Assembly (NCBI RefSeq): GCF_964204645.1 | Contig: NC_134026.1 | Coordinates: 7,587,950-7,651,949, forward strand | DNA from: Tubulanus polymorphus | Taxonomy: Eukaryota; Animalia; Nemertea | Length of the DNA: 64,000 nt | Direction: 5' to 3' | Shown: positions 25,847 through 39,300 of the stretch, piece after piece | Position numbering within the stretch: the first letter of the stretch is position 1 | Layout: the number at the start of each line of letters is the position of its first letter | Position numbers and translations under genes: made by a program | Notes under the pieces: generated by a model | Seen by the model: only the letters and a program-made list of their open reading frames with translations | The model's database searches: none | What the model was told of the DNA's origin: nothing

Positions 25847-26794
25847 TTATTTGACAAAATTTCTACAGCGGATTTTCATACAGAAATATTTACGAATTTC
25901 CCGTCCCAGTAAAAGATATATGTAGAAATTTACCACATAGTTAAAAAGATGGAACTGTGTAAAGGTGTCAAAGAGAAATTCTCTTTGTTGCGGCGAGATT
26001 GGTAAAAATGCGGTAACAATGGATGGAATTGTAAATGTTGCAAATGCAAGTGATACTGTTACAAGCATTATTGTTGTACGTTTTGATTTTGTAGATTTCA
26101 GATCAGATGAAACCATTTTTGAACCTCGGAATAACTGAACTATTGTAAGAGAATTTGATATTAGAATCAAAGATAGAGGCAGCACGTAAACGTGGACAGC
26201 AATTATGGGGAAATATATTATTTTGTCAACTAATTCGTAGTAACATCCGAAAAACCGGTCGGTTAAATGTATCGATATAGTAGGGAAAAACAGAACCAGC
26301 ACATTCACTGCAGTAATTATCAATATAACAAATCTAGCGAATCTCGGTGTACATATCAAACGAGATGTGAACGGGAAGAGCACAACTGCCGCACGTTCTA
26401 GAGATATTGCTACGATTAACCACGAACTATTGCCGACTGCGAGCGTCATTATAAATCCATAAATTTGACAATTGATCAGTGAATTCATGATGAAGATAGG
26501 ACCATCTTGAACGTGCAAGAGAAAAAACTGTAAAACGGGCATCAGTGTAAAACTGATGCAGTACAAAAAATCACAGATTGACAACACGATCAGATAGTTA
26601 GCGTAAGATAAACTGCGGAATCTGCGACTTATCATTATCAGGAAAGTAGCTGAATTCCCGAAATTTCCTAACAGGAACAAGATGGGCAGAATGATCAGTA
26701 ACGCAGTACGGTAGATTCCAGACTTGTTCACCACAGACATCAGAACGACATATGTGATGTAAGATCGACCGACTTGAATATGAGTTGAATTCAT
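25847..26794 (-). CDS. Intronless class A (rhodopsin-like) GPCR, orphan/putative chemoreceptor, 315 aa
   Basis: Seven hydrophobic segments; GN (TM1), LSICD (TM2), Cys in TM3 and ECL2, SLERA (DRY variant), FTIP (TM6), NYVVNFYIY (NPxxY variant). Confidence 0.92.
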   Translation of the reverse strand: MNSTHIQVGRSYITYVVLMSVVNKSGIYRTALLIILPILFLLGNFGNSATFLIMISRRFRSLSYANYLIVLSICDFLYCISFTLMPVLQFFLLHVQDGPIFIMNSLINCQIYGFIMTLAVGNSSWLIVAISLERAAVVLFPFTSRLICTPRFARFVILIITAVNVLVLFFPTISIHLTDRFFGCYYELVDKIIYFPIIAVHVYVLPLSLILISNSLTIVQLFRGSKMVSSDLKSTKSKRTTIMLVTVSLAFATFTIPSIVTAFLPISPQQREFLFDTFTQFHLFNYVVNFYIYLLLGREIRKYFCMKIRCRNFVK

Positions 26795-27567
26795 GATTCA
26801 CAATAGATAAACTGCTGAAGGTGGGACTGAAAGTATGAATAGAGCGATGCAAGTAAAATACATGTTTTATTCATTTCAGCTAACCATTTTGTGCCCGCGT
26901 AAAATGAAACATCAATCCTCAGTATTTGCGAAATTTTATTATCGTGTAAAATACATAAATGTCAACTAATTAAATGTGAATATTCGTTGTACAAGAATTC
27001 ATCGTGCGGATGGTGAAATATGTTATAGTAAAACATCTGAATAGGTTGGAGAATGTCTATCAGCTATATGCAGGGATAACGCATCGGTTCATTATTCAAC
27101 TACATAGTCGTACAAAAATTCATTGTAAATAGTGTAACATGTTATAGTAAAACATCTGAATTGTTGGAAAATGTCTATTAGTTCTATACAGGGAAAACAC
27201 AGGTCAAAATAGCATCGGTTCATTATTCAACCACATAAATAAACAGGACAGTAGCCAGAAGTTCTCGGGGGCAGTTGTTTATTGAACCATACGAAATGAA
27301 TATACAGGACTGTAAAAAAGTAGCTTTCAGATTATGCTGACGGTTTGAGCAGTCACGTTTATGAGGATCGTCAGGTAACCACAGCGACACCTATATATCG
27401 GATTACACTCTCATTTGATCCTCATGAATTTCTACTCCATATCATGTCACGTTCGTAGAGCATGAAATCGGTTTGCAAATCTAGAAGTATAAAGGTTTGA
27501 CATAGCATTCTGGGCAGTCGATAGCCCTCGAGTGGCGTGTGTGATGGGAAACAACACTGTACAACTA

Positions 27568-27890
27568 ATAAGATAAAAAACCCACTATGTACAAATTAAA
27601 ACAATTTTCAAATCGAAAATTTATTTATTCGAAACAATCTAATATATAAGAACACACGTTTCGATCTCACCCAAGAGATCATCGTCAGGTGTGAGATATT
27701 GACTAAAAACAGGGGTATATATACAGAGGAGAACAGGTTAATATAGAACAGGTTTAACCTGTTCTCCTCTGTATATATACCCTGTGTTGAGATCGGAACA
27801 TCGTGTTCTTATAAATAAGATTGTTTTGAATAAATAAATTCTCGATTTTAAAATTCTCTTAATTTGCACATAGTGGGTTTTTATCTTATT
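27568..27890. mobile_element. Foldback element with inverted arms carrying degenerate hammerhead motifs (probable Penelope-like inverted pLTR remnant)
   Basis: Outer arms ~27568-27668 / ~27789-27890 and inner arms ~27709-27741 / ~27754-27786 are reverse complements. The minus strand at ~27652-27692 reads ACAC-CTGACGA-T-GATCTC(ttgggt)GAGATC-GAAAC-GTGTG. Confidence 0.65.
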
Positions 27891-28320
27891 ATCTGTTCAC
27901 CACGTTTGAGTGTGGTTATCGTACTAACTGTACAACTGGTGAACTGATGCAATTGTGTTTAACCTATAGAACTGGTAGATATTTTCCAACCTGTTCAGAT
28001 GTTTCACTCTTTTAACTTTTACTTAATGAATTATTGAACAATAAATTGGTTCAGTTGCATTTTACACACTTATGAATAAACGTTCACAAAATCTGACTAA
28101 ATTTTTTTAGATTGTTGAGAATTGATTTTCTATTCGCTGTTAACAATGAACGTTATGAATGAATTGTAGCTGTAATGATGAATATGAAATTTCATTATAA
28201 TAGAGTTGAACTAATTTTCCAATACGTGAGAAGCGATCTCATTTCCAATACTGCCTTAGACAGTCGGTACACTCTCAGACAGTCAGTACTGGGATATACT
28301 CTAACTGTTTCTGATGGATC

Positions 28321-29274
28321 ATGAATTCTACTCAAATGCAAATCGGTCGACCTTTTCTTGGTTACATCGTTCTCATGTCTGCGGTGCATAGATCTGGAAT
28401 CTACCGCACGTTGTTGCTGGTCTTTCTGCCAATCGTCTTCCTTTTTGGGGCGTTTGGTAATTCAGCTACTTTCTTGATAATGATAAGCCGTAGATTCCGC
28501 AGTTTATCTTACGCTAACTATCTTATAGTTTTATCAGTCAGTGACTGTTTTGTCTGCGTCAGTTTAGTTTTTATGCCTGTCTTACAGTTTGTTCTCTTCC
28601 ACGTTAAATATGGTCCTATATTCATCATGAATTCGGTATTCGGTTGTAAAATCTATGAGTTTGTTATGACACTTGCGGTCAACAATAGTTCCTGGTTAAT
28701 AGTAGCAATAACTCTAGAACGTGCGGCAGTTGTGCTCATTCCGTTCACATCTCGTTTGATATGTACACCGAGATTCGCCAGATTTGTTATACTAATGATT
28801 ACTGCGGTGAACGTAATGGTGATAAATATTCTACCTACTTTGTCGGTAAATTTTATCGACCAATTTTTTGGCTGCTACAACGAAATATTTGACCGTTTTA
28901 CACATTATGCTAGTATTGGTATCATGTTCATGTTTACGCTACCCTTAACCTTGATCATTACATCAAATTCTGTTATAATTATTCAGTTATTCAGGGGTTC
29001 AAAAATGGTTTCGTCTGATAAGAAAACTACAAAATCAAAACGTACAACAATAATGCTTGTAACAGTTTCACTCGCGTTTGCAATATTCACGCTTCCATCC
29101 ACTTTTCCTGCATTTTTACCGATTCCAACGGAACAGAAGGAATTTCTATATGATATTTTCACACAATTATTTATGTGTAACTTCGTGGTAAATTTTTACA
29201 TATATCTCTTCCTGGGACGAGAAATTCGTGAATACTTCTGTATGAAAATTCGCTGTAGAAATTCAGTCCAGTAA
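28321..29274 (+). CDS. Intronless class A GPCR paralog, 317 aa
   Basis: Same family motifs ([38 protein letters not shown]); the ORF is intact. Confidence 0.92.
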   Translation: MNSTQMQIGRPFLGYIVLMSAVHRSGIYRTLLLVFLPIVFLFGAFGNSATFLIMISRRFRSLSYANYLIVLSVSDCFVCVSLVFMPVLQFVLFHVKYGPIFIMNSVFGCKIYEFVMTLAVNNSSWLIVAITLERAAVVLIPFTSRLICTPRFARFVILMITAVNVMVINILPTLSVNFIDQFFGCYNEIFDRFTHYASIGIMFMFTLPLTLIITSNSVIIIQLFRGSKMVSSDKKTTKSKRTTIMLVTVSLAFAIFTLPSTFPAFLPIPTEQKEFLYDIFTQLFMCNFVVNFYIYLFLGREIREYFCMKIRCRNSVQ

Positions 29275-30349
29275 GTAACCAGTGATTTCAAATATGATTC
29301 TTTATCACGGATAATTGTTTGCTCAGTATGGCATGTTTAGTGGAAAACCCTTATATAGCATCAATTAGGAACTTGCCTTGAAATGTTATGACAATAGGAT
29401 TAGAAACTGCTGAAATCAGAGAATGATTTCCTTTTACCTTTTTTTCATTTTTCCTGTGATGAGAAACTGCTGTGATCAGTATTGCCTGTGAATCACCACA
29501 TCTGGCTGGTCACTACAGTGACCAGACACAGTTATGAGCTAGAGCCCAGTGGCCTATCAGTTGACACCCCCGGATGTACCCTGTTCGATCCTAGTTTTAC
29601 GTTGAACTTTTCTTTTAGTAGAAAATGGATAAATCATCTATTTGGAGAACTGACCTTGAGAACTACTGGCTACAGCCATGTGTATTTCGGGTTGAATAAT
29701 GAACTGATGCTATTTTGACCTGTTTTTTTCTCACTGTATAGGACTGATAGATATTCCCCAACATCGGATTGGGAACTTGTATCTAGAACACGTAAACTAA
29801 CGTGTACATGTAAATTTTTGAATTTCTGAATAAAAAGCTCATATCTCCGCAGATCCGGATATTTACCGTCACTACACTTAAACTTTTACATAAACTTTTA
29901 CAATATTTTGGGCGAGAAAACAAATCTGTTTTCTCATGTAAATGCTCGCTATCTCGCGTTGTTAATATTTGTTTTCTCGCTATCAAATTTGTTGTTAGAT
30001 TTTGCATGCTCGAAAAATCTCAGCGCGGTCCGAAGCGGCCACCATATCTGACTCTGATTGATGAACTGAATGCTGTTGTGTGACCTGTCTTTTGTAAAGA
30101 CATTTTCAAGCTCCTCAGATGTTATAATTACATATTTCACAAATTATCATGAATTCTTGTGCAACAAAAATTGGTGTGTAATTTCAAAAACATTCTTGTT
30201 CAACTTAAATTAGAAAAATTAAGTCCCAGCTCTTTTAGATTTTCTATACTTTCCTGAAAAATGAAAAAAATATTTATTCTAATAGGTGCAAAATCACAAT
30301 ACATGTATTTTTAATCAGCAAGTCATGAGATCGTATAGTTTAATTATAT

Positions 30350-30620
30350 TTTATTTAGAGTGTCTTTCGCGAAGTTAGTTTCTCTCAGTGAATAGGAATC
30401 AGATGAATGAGTCATCAGTGTAAAACGTACAGAACGTAAAATTACTGAGTGACAAAACGACAAATAATTAGCATAAAATAGACCGCGGAATAGAACAGAT
30501 GACGATGTAACTGTTGTTCGACCAATTTGAGTTGAGTAGGATTCATGATTCATGAGCAGCAAATAGAGTGTAATGACTTTCTGAGAGTGTGCTGGAACTG
30601 ACCGTTATCTAATGTTATAA
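30350..30620 (-). pseudogene. Heavily deleted GPCR 5' remnant with upstream module
   Basis: Minus strand reads ATGAATCCTACTCAAATTGGTCGA... and ...TATGCTAATTATTTG (YANYL) with large deletions. Confidence 0.6.
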
Positions 30621-30709
30621 ATATTCGTTTTGTAAAAGAATTCATTGTACTCTGTGTTCCCTGAACGGGTTGGAAAATGAATCAAACTTGAAATCAACGG
30701 TTATTTGAC

Positions 30710-31648
30710 TTAATTTCTACAGCGGATTTTCATACAGAAATATTCACGAATGTCTCGGCCCAGTAAAAGATATATGTAAAAATTTACCACATAGTTACAA
30801 AGATGGAATTGAGTGAAAATGTCAAATAGAAATTCTCTCTGATCCGGTGAAATTGGTGAAAATGCAGTAATAGCGGATGGAAGTGTGAACATCGCAAATG
30901 CAAGTGAAACTGTTACAAGCATTATTGTTGTACGTTTTGATTTTGTAGTTTTCTGATCAGACGAAACCATTTTTGAACCTCTAAATAATTGAATTATTAT
31001 AACAGAATTTGATGTTAGAATTAAAGATAAAGGCAGCATGTAAATGTGGACGGCAATTATGGTGAAAACTATAATTTGGTCAGATAATCCAAGATAACAC
31101 CCAAAAGACATGTCAATAAAATGCATCGACAAAGTAGGAAAAATCAGAACCATAACATTCACATCAGTAATTAGTAATGCAGCAGATTTGGCGAAATTCG
31201 GTGTACATATCAAACGAGATGTGAACGGGAAGAGCACAACTGCCGCACGTTCTAGAGATATTGCTACTATTAACCACGAACTATTGCTGACTGCAAGCGT
31301 CATTATAAATTCATAAATTTGACAACTGATCAGTGAATTCATGATGAATATTGGATCGTCTTGAACGTGGAAGAGAATAAGCTGTAAAACAGGGATCAGT
31401 GTAAAACTGATACAGTATACACAATCACAGAGCGATTAAACGATAAGATAGTTAGCGTATGATAAACTGCGGAATCTACGACTTATCATTATCAGGAAAG
31501 TAGCTAAGTTTCCAAACGCTCCAAACAGGAACACGATAGGCAGAGCGACCAGGGAGACAGTACGGTAGATTCCAGACCTGTTCACCACAGACATGAGAAC
31601 GACGTAACTGTTGTAAGATCGACCAACTAGCATCTGAGTCGCATTCAT
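30710..31648 (-). pseudogene. GPCR paralog interrupted by one in-frame stop (TAA at 31438-31436)
   Basis: ORFs 31648-31436 and 31342-30710 are in the same frame. ATC GTT TAA TCG CTC TGT GAT occurs where paralogs have IVLS(L)CD. Confidence 0.88.
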
Positions 31649-33392
31649 GGTAAATAATTAGCTGTTGAATGTGTGGACTGACTGGATCAAAAGACCGATG
31701 TAAAAGCCATGTTTCATTTATTTCAACCACGAGTTTTTATACTACAGCTACAATTTAAAATGTAAGATTTATTGTCAACATCGAATAGAAAATCAATTTT
31801 TAGAAATCCAACACAATTCATTAAGATTTTGCGAAAGTTTATTATTGTGTAAAATGTGGATGCTACTGAATAAAACATGAATGTTCGTTGTACAAGAACT
31901 CATTCTAAATGATATCATCTTATAGCTGAATAGGTTGGAAAATATCTATCAGTTCTATGCAGGGAAAACACGGGTAAAATAGCATCAGTTCATTATTCAA
32001 CCACATACGTAAACACACAGGTCCGTAGCCAGGAGTAGAGTCACAGGGGCAGTTCTTTATTCAAAAAGAGAATTTTTCTTTCATTTTCTATAAAAAAGAC
32101 ATACAGTTTAATCAAAACCTAGATTTGGACCGGGAAGTAAGCCCACTGTGCGATCTACTAGGCCATTGAGAACCCTTGATTGTGAGTCTCAGTGTGGCGT
32201 CCATTTAGCCGTGGTCCGTGGTGACCAGTCAGGTGTGGTGACCGATGATCAGTCAGGTGTAGTGATTGTAACGTATTAATCTAGTTAGTGGTGTTCGGTA
32301 GTATAGATAGTAGTTTATCGAAGAATCCATAGTCGTTGAATGCTTATCACGGTTCTGTTAGTAATGTGTAAACTATAAACGCTCCCTTTTTATCTCGTTT
32401 TACTTTTTAGTAACGTGTGCAGGCCCTCTTCCACACATGGCTTGGTATTTGCGGATTGTGACGTATTCATGGGTCACAACATTCCTACAACCCATGTATG
32501 GAGTGTTGATGTACCTACACTCGTCACAATAACGTAAAAATACCTTTTGCACATACTTTGAATCAATTGAATTATGATTGTTCTTTTTCTTTGTAAACTT
32601 TTAAGAATTTCACCATTACCGACTCCAGCAACAAGAATTTCAGCATGAAGGAATACAGCAACAATGCCTCGGCGACAAGGACTCATCATTCCTTTCATCA
32701 CCTTCTGAGAATAAATATAATCCATAATCTTATAATCCACATTTCATCATACAAGGCAAAGTTACAATGTTTTTCTCAATATAAGAAATATTTCTTTTAT
32801 TGAAAAAATGTTGTCACGAGACTAAAACAATGTATTTATTTTTTTCCAATTTTTTCCACCATTGATTCGCCCTTGAGTTTACATAGATTTAGAAAATATC
32901 AGAATGGTTTCACAATTTCTTCTTTCGGAGAGCATCACATCAGAACGCAAATAATTATTGCAGCGGTCTTTTAACATGCAGCTCACTGATTTTACATGGT
33001 CGTTTATATTCATCCATACTCTTACGAATAGGTCTCAATCCTATACACAGCTCCACAGTTTTCAGTTACATTTGACACGAGCTCTTTCGGATATTCTTTT
33101 GAACAACAATTTGTACAGAATTTTTGTCGTGTTTTTGAAGTTTATTACATAGCGCTTTCTGTGAGTTTTATTGCGATTAAACGTCTCTGGATTAGCACTG
33201 AGCATACCGATGCAGTATGAGCAACCAGGTTCGACTAGTTTGCCATCTAGTGGAATTCAAAGTTACGAGGTCGTCACGCTCCATTTGACAACATCCATTA
33301 AGCTAGAGTTAAAATCATTTCATTTTCAATGTTCCTACTCAAGAGGCACATTATACCTGAGAACTGTTGAACTGGGTCCATGGTTCTAAAAC

Positions 33393-36300
33393 TCAGAATC
33401 CATCCGGACAGCCTCCCTTCCTCGGATCGGAGTAAGCTTCTAACATCCCAGAATCTATCCGATTTATTCCTTGTACAACAGCGCCTCGACCACTTAATTG
33501 AGTGAAATTATGTCCCAGTTCTTTTAGATTTTCTATAATTTTCTGTAAAATATAAATCAAAGAAACATTTATTCTAATAGTAAATGATACGGTATGTATT
33601 TTAAAGTACCTCACATTTCATACTGGGTTACTCGTGCATATGCAGCTTCGTCAATGATACATGACGTGAAATCATTGAGGAGAGACAAAACGATAAGATA
33701 GTTAGCTTAAGATAAACTACGGAATCTGCGACTTATCATTATGAGGAAAGTAGCTGAATTCTCGAATGCTTCAAAAAAGAACAAGTTAGGCAGAATGACC
33801 AATGACACAGTACAGTTGGTTCCAGATCGGTTCACGACAGAAAACGATATTACTGGTATTTTTTAAGCATTGTGAATGTGTATTTAACTGGTATGAACTC
33901 GACCGTTTTGCACTTGAGTCAAATCAGAGTGAACTAGTGACTCGTTGTAAAAGAACTCTTTGTAACTGGTGAAATATGTTATGGTGAAACATCTGAATAG
34001 GTTGGAATATGAATCCTACTTAGAATCACTGGTCCATTACCTATGATTATTGGAATCACCATGAACTTTTGATGAGCAAGTATTGTAACAAATTCATGGG
34101 TAAATGCTTTTTCAGAGCATTTTCTTCAGAAATATCCCAATACTTATAAGACCTTGAAAAGTATTGGCACTGACCTTGCTGAATGTTGATTCGTAAACGA
34201 CCTCATTCGGTAACCATTGGTGATGTAATCGAGGTTCATCAATACTGTCTTTCAACGAATCACGAAACCATAAATTCTCAATCAACGACTGTTGGACATA
34301 AAACATTTTGATTTGATTAATTACGGGCACACACCAGATGGCACCACTCTACGGTTAGATTCAAATTCAAATTAGTTTTAAAAGACTTTCTACAGGTCCC
34401 GACAGCTTCTTGTTTCTATGATAGCGACAATTTTATTGCAATGTATAATAAAATAAATATATGACATAAATATGGCGATTCGTCCTTTTCTCATAAAGGT
34501 CCATTATTGTGGAACAGTCTACCAGTCGGAATCAGGAAAATTGAAGATGTGACCTGCTTTCGAAAAGCTTTGAAAACTTTATTGTATAGAAGGCATTATG
34601 TGGAGACAGCGCACTGAGCGTGGAAACACGGATTATGCGCTATGCAAGCTCTTATTATTATATTATTAATGTATGGTTTTATCAACGTTACCTGGGCAAC
34701 AGCTGATATGATCTTGCTGCCACCGGAAGCGCCCATCGAATTGATTACATCACCAGCATTGTCTGTTACAATAACGGGTGCCATGGAGGACATGGGACGT
34801 TTTCCGGGACGGATAAAGTTCGACGGTGATGGTGCCAGTCCAAATCCGTTCGTTTGATTCGGTGTCGAAAAATCGTCCATTTCATTGTTGAATATTATAT
34901 TTGTTCTGTTTCCAACGACTTTAGATCCAAAACTGAAAATAGATCAGAATCATATAAGAGATTTTAGATAGGATAAACTTAGGGGGGGGGGTAGGGTGTA
35001 GGGAGGTAGAGATAAAATTGTTTATATTTCGATTGGATAACCATGGGTAGGAGAGGGCGAAAACTGGCCCGTGATAATGTCCAAAGTCTGTTCCACAAAA
35101 GAGCCTAAATTTCAATCAATTTGATTTTTCATTAACTCAATTTAGATCTTTTATATTTAGAAGTTAATCCGTCTGTTGAACTGGGGCCGAGGTGAAATCT
35201 TCGAAGGGGGGCTAGTCGAGATTTAAATACTTACTAAAAGTTGATAGTTGAAGTAAATGCGACAGCGTCCCCGTTAGGAGCGACCAGCGAGAAATGTGAG
35301 GTACCGAATTGTCCTATTTTAGCTGTAATATTGCCGTAGTAGGACGGATCGTATGTTCTATTGTCACTGATCATTTCTCTGCGCGACGCCGCGTATTGTG
35401 GAGATGATATCTCATCCAATATCTGTAATATAAACGTATCATTTCACTGATATGGTTGCTCAATAATGATGATAATGATACATGCCATAAAGCAGCGATA
35501 ACGGGTTTTCTGCAATACATTCCGTTACTTGAAAGCAATAAACCTTTACTGAATTAATTTGCCCAGGTCGTAGTCCACATAGTTGTGGACCATCCAATGC
35601 GGCCATATTCGCGATATTCAAGACAGTGGATTTGTAACGTTGATTCACCAAAATACAGTGGGAATATTTTTTTCTACTTGATCTCATTGTGATCGTTATG
35701 ATTTCACAGAGAATGTAAGTGAAGTAGGGTAATATATAACGCTTTCAGCAAAAAGGGTCAAGAAACATCTGTAATAGTAATAAATCCAGGGAATAAGATT
35801 ATTTACTCTAATATTACTATGGTATAAGATAATCGTTAAATTAGATCAGAAGTTGACGGCAAAAACAACTAGGGGTCCAGGGACACCATGCCCACTTGGG
35901 AAGTGGTTTCAAATGCTCAACAATCTAACAATTTCAACATTCAACGCCCCCTGGTGACCATTTACAAAAACCAATGACCTTGAAACTCACCACAATCATA
36001 GAACATGTCAGCAGCTACAATTTTGTAATTGATTGTGATAACAAAATATGCCTCGTTACCAATTTCATATGGAAATACTAAGTTATTCTACTATTCAACG
36101 CCCCCTGGAGACCATATTCAAAACCCAATGACCTCGAAACTCATCGCAATCATAGAACATGTCATGAACTACAACTTTGCAATTGATCATGGTAACAAAA
36201 TATGCCTAGGTACCAATATAATAAGGAAATACTAAGTTATTCTACTATTCAACGCCCCCTGGTGACCATATAGAAAAACTTATGTCCTTAAAACTCGCAA

Positions 36301-39300
36301 CAATCATAGATGATGTCATGAGCTACACAACTTTCCAATTGATTGTGGTTACAAAATATGCATAGGTATGAATATAATAAAGAAATGCTAAGATATTGTA
36401 TTATTCAACGCCCCCTGGTGGCCATATACGAAATCCAATTACCTTGAAACTCACCACAATCATAGAACACGTTATGAGCTACAACTTTCTAATTGATTGT
36501 GGTAGCAAAATATGCTTAGGTATCAATATAATGTGGAAAAACTTTTTCCCACTTACGAATGAGTACTGGTGACACCAAGATGGCCGCCAATTGCGTCATA
36601 ATTGGCTGATGAAAAATACATGTCTCAGGTATAAAACATCCCTTTCCAAAGAATACCCATCACAAATTGTAATGAGAAATGGCAAACCAGTAGGAAGCTA
36701 CAGGACTCAGAATTCGGGCCAAAATTAACATTTTTGGGCACTAAAAAGGTCATAGGACGGCCATCTTGAGTCCGATCGACCCAATTTTTGTTATGTTGAT
36801 GGGCCCTGGGGGGATTCACATATATCCGAAAGATCAAGGTAATTGATCAAAGCGTCTTCAAAATTTCCCTCAAAAAGTTCAAAAATGTGTAAAAAGTGCT
36901 GATTTTGGCGAACAACAATGGCTGCCAGTCGGTCATCTTGATTCTGACAGGGCCAGTTTTTGGGCTGAAGATGTGTCTAGGGTAGATACATGTGTAACAC
37001 AAATATTAAAACATTACCTTGAAGCGTCTTCAAAACTTCCCAAAATAACTGGATTCCGTCTGCGGACGGAAGGACGAACGGACGGACGGACGACGGACGA
37101 AAAGTGAACGCAATAGCCCGCTGGGTCTAAAGTCCCAAGTGGGCTAAAAATGATCATGATAATGATAGCTTTCCATACATTTTGCAAATGATAAGTAAAA
37201 ACAAATTATTTTTCTATGGAAACGAAATTTTGTAGTTATTCTTTTTTGGAAATTTATCTTTTTGTATATTTTGTATGCTTCATACACTAAATAGCTCAAT
37301 TACAGGATGATTATTTGTTACCTTTTTTACATCTACGAAATCTTCGTCACCGAGTTCTGCCCTTGCCGCGTATCCAAACTTCATCGCTTCAATGAATCTA
37401 TGGAAAAACAGCGTCGCCTGTTCTTCATCCAGTTTACGAGGTTTATAATTATACCCTGGTTCGAAATAAAACATTCGTGCAACATTAGTGAACGCATAAC
37501 TCACCTCGAGTAGGGTATATTATATACCCATCATTTACTTCTATCGTTGACAGAACGCACCCTGGTGAATGAGACAGGCATATATGGGAATATAATCTGC
37601 GCTAGAAAAATAGCATTACCGATTACGCTAACTTCCTGACGAGTTCGCCCCCTGGTTTCTGGGGTGCTTACCGTCTAGAATGCTAAGTATATACCCGACG
37701 AGTCCACCCGACGATGGAGGGGGTAGTGAGTGCACTGTCAAACCACTGTTCAGTTTAATCGACGTTGGTTGACGCCATTTTACACGGTATTGACTTAAAT
37801 CTTCTTTAGTGACGATCGACGCTGAATTAGAAAATAAATAATAGAAAACATCACTAACATGGCTGCTTACAGGAATCCCCTAATGACGTCATCAAGTCGG
37901 AGATGATATCAACTTATTAGCTATTGAAAAGATGCTACTATAGAAATTGGTGACATTATAAGGGAGTTATGACACGTTTAAGTCGTCCTTACAATATTCT
38001 TTAAGATCTTTGATGATATCCTCAGCTAGTGAACCGTTATAGTATGTGTCAGCGCCCTCTAGCGCGATTAGTTTTAATGTTTTCGCTAGAATTGGCCTCT
38101 TGATTTTTTCGCCAACTTCATAAATGTCGTCGGTGGCCGGGTTGACGTAGATGGCCCTAAAATTCAACAACAAAATGTTCTAATAAGTTTCGATATGAGT
38201 ATTGGTTGTATGGTTTCCTAAAGATGGCGCCACATACTTGAGATATGTATTATTCATAATGGCTCCAAATCTCGCTTTTGCCGCTAGGTGGGTTCCGGGC
38301 GTCATTGGTATCCCGTCCTCACACAGTTCAATTGTCGGTTGAAATAGATCTTCCCACGATAACCGGCCGAATGCTTGATGAGCTGCCCAATACCCAGCCA
38401 CCTGTCCGGGCACGCCTAATGATTTGCCGCCTGAAATTTGGAAGGTACGTAATCTTAACGGGTGGAATTTACCAAACTTGCAGCTAGTTCCGGATATTTT
38501 TCGAAAAAATCTATGTTAATCTGATGTTAAGGGGTTTTGAATGACCTTCACGTGCTTCCTCTGGCTTCCCTACGAACATATCTTCGGTTGCCGCTAGTGG
38601 CGCCGTCTCTCGGGCATCGAGTGTATGTAACTTCTTGGTGGCGCTAGAATGAAATTATGAATAGATTTACAATATCTGGGTCGATCCCTCAACACTTACA
38701 GGTTCTATCACTCTGGATTTTACTGACTTTGGGTCATTTGATCTGACAGAGTGTAGGGTAGAACAATTTTAATCTAGGTTGAGATGCCGAGTCTTGATTA
38801 GTTAATACAATACTTACCGGTCATAGAAGTTCATGAAGAACCCACCTCCTATACCAGTACTGTGTGAATTAGCTACTCCTAAACACAGAGCTGTCGTTAT
38901 AGCTGCGTCAATAGCTGAACCATTCTTACGTAGCATATCTCTATACGTTGAATAGATAGAGAGAGAACATTAACCCTTTATTTACGAAACCCGACACCAT
39001 GGGACTGAATCGAAATCTCGTTGCCGACGTCAATTAGTGTTCTTTAGATGCGTCATTATGGCCGCACACTTTGGCACTACAATTTGAACGTTCTAATGTC
39101 TTGTTCTTAACTTTTGTGTTAACCGATAACATGGGCTGTAAACATTACGGTATAATAAAGTAGTTTTGAATTTGAATTCGAATTTGACTGTAACATTTGA
39201 CTTCAGTTAGCAAATACATGTGTGGCCATTAGGACGCGCTGTGACGTAATATCACGCGGCTGATTACGATTACGATTACGATTTATTTACACTCCAACCA

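Noticed and set aside
32474-32740. 88-aa ORF with exon-like boundaries
   Set aside because: No partner exons or recognisable homology could be identified by eye.
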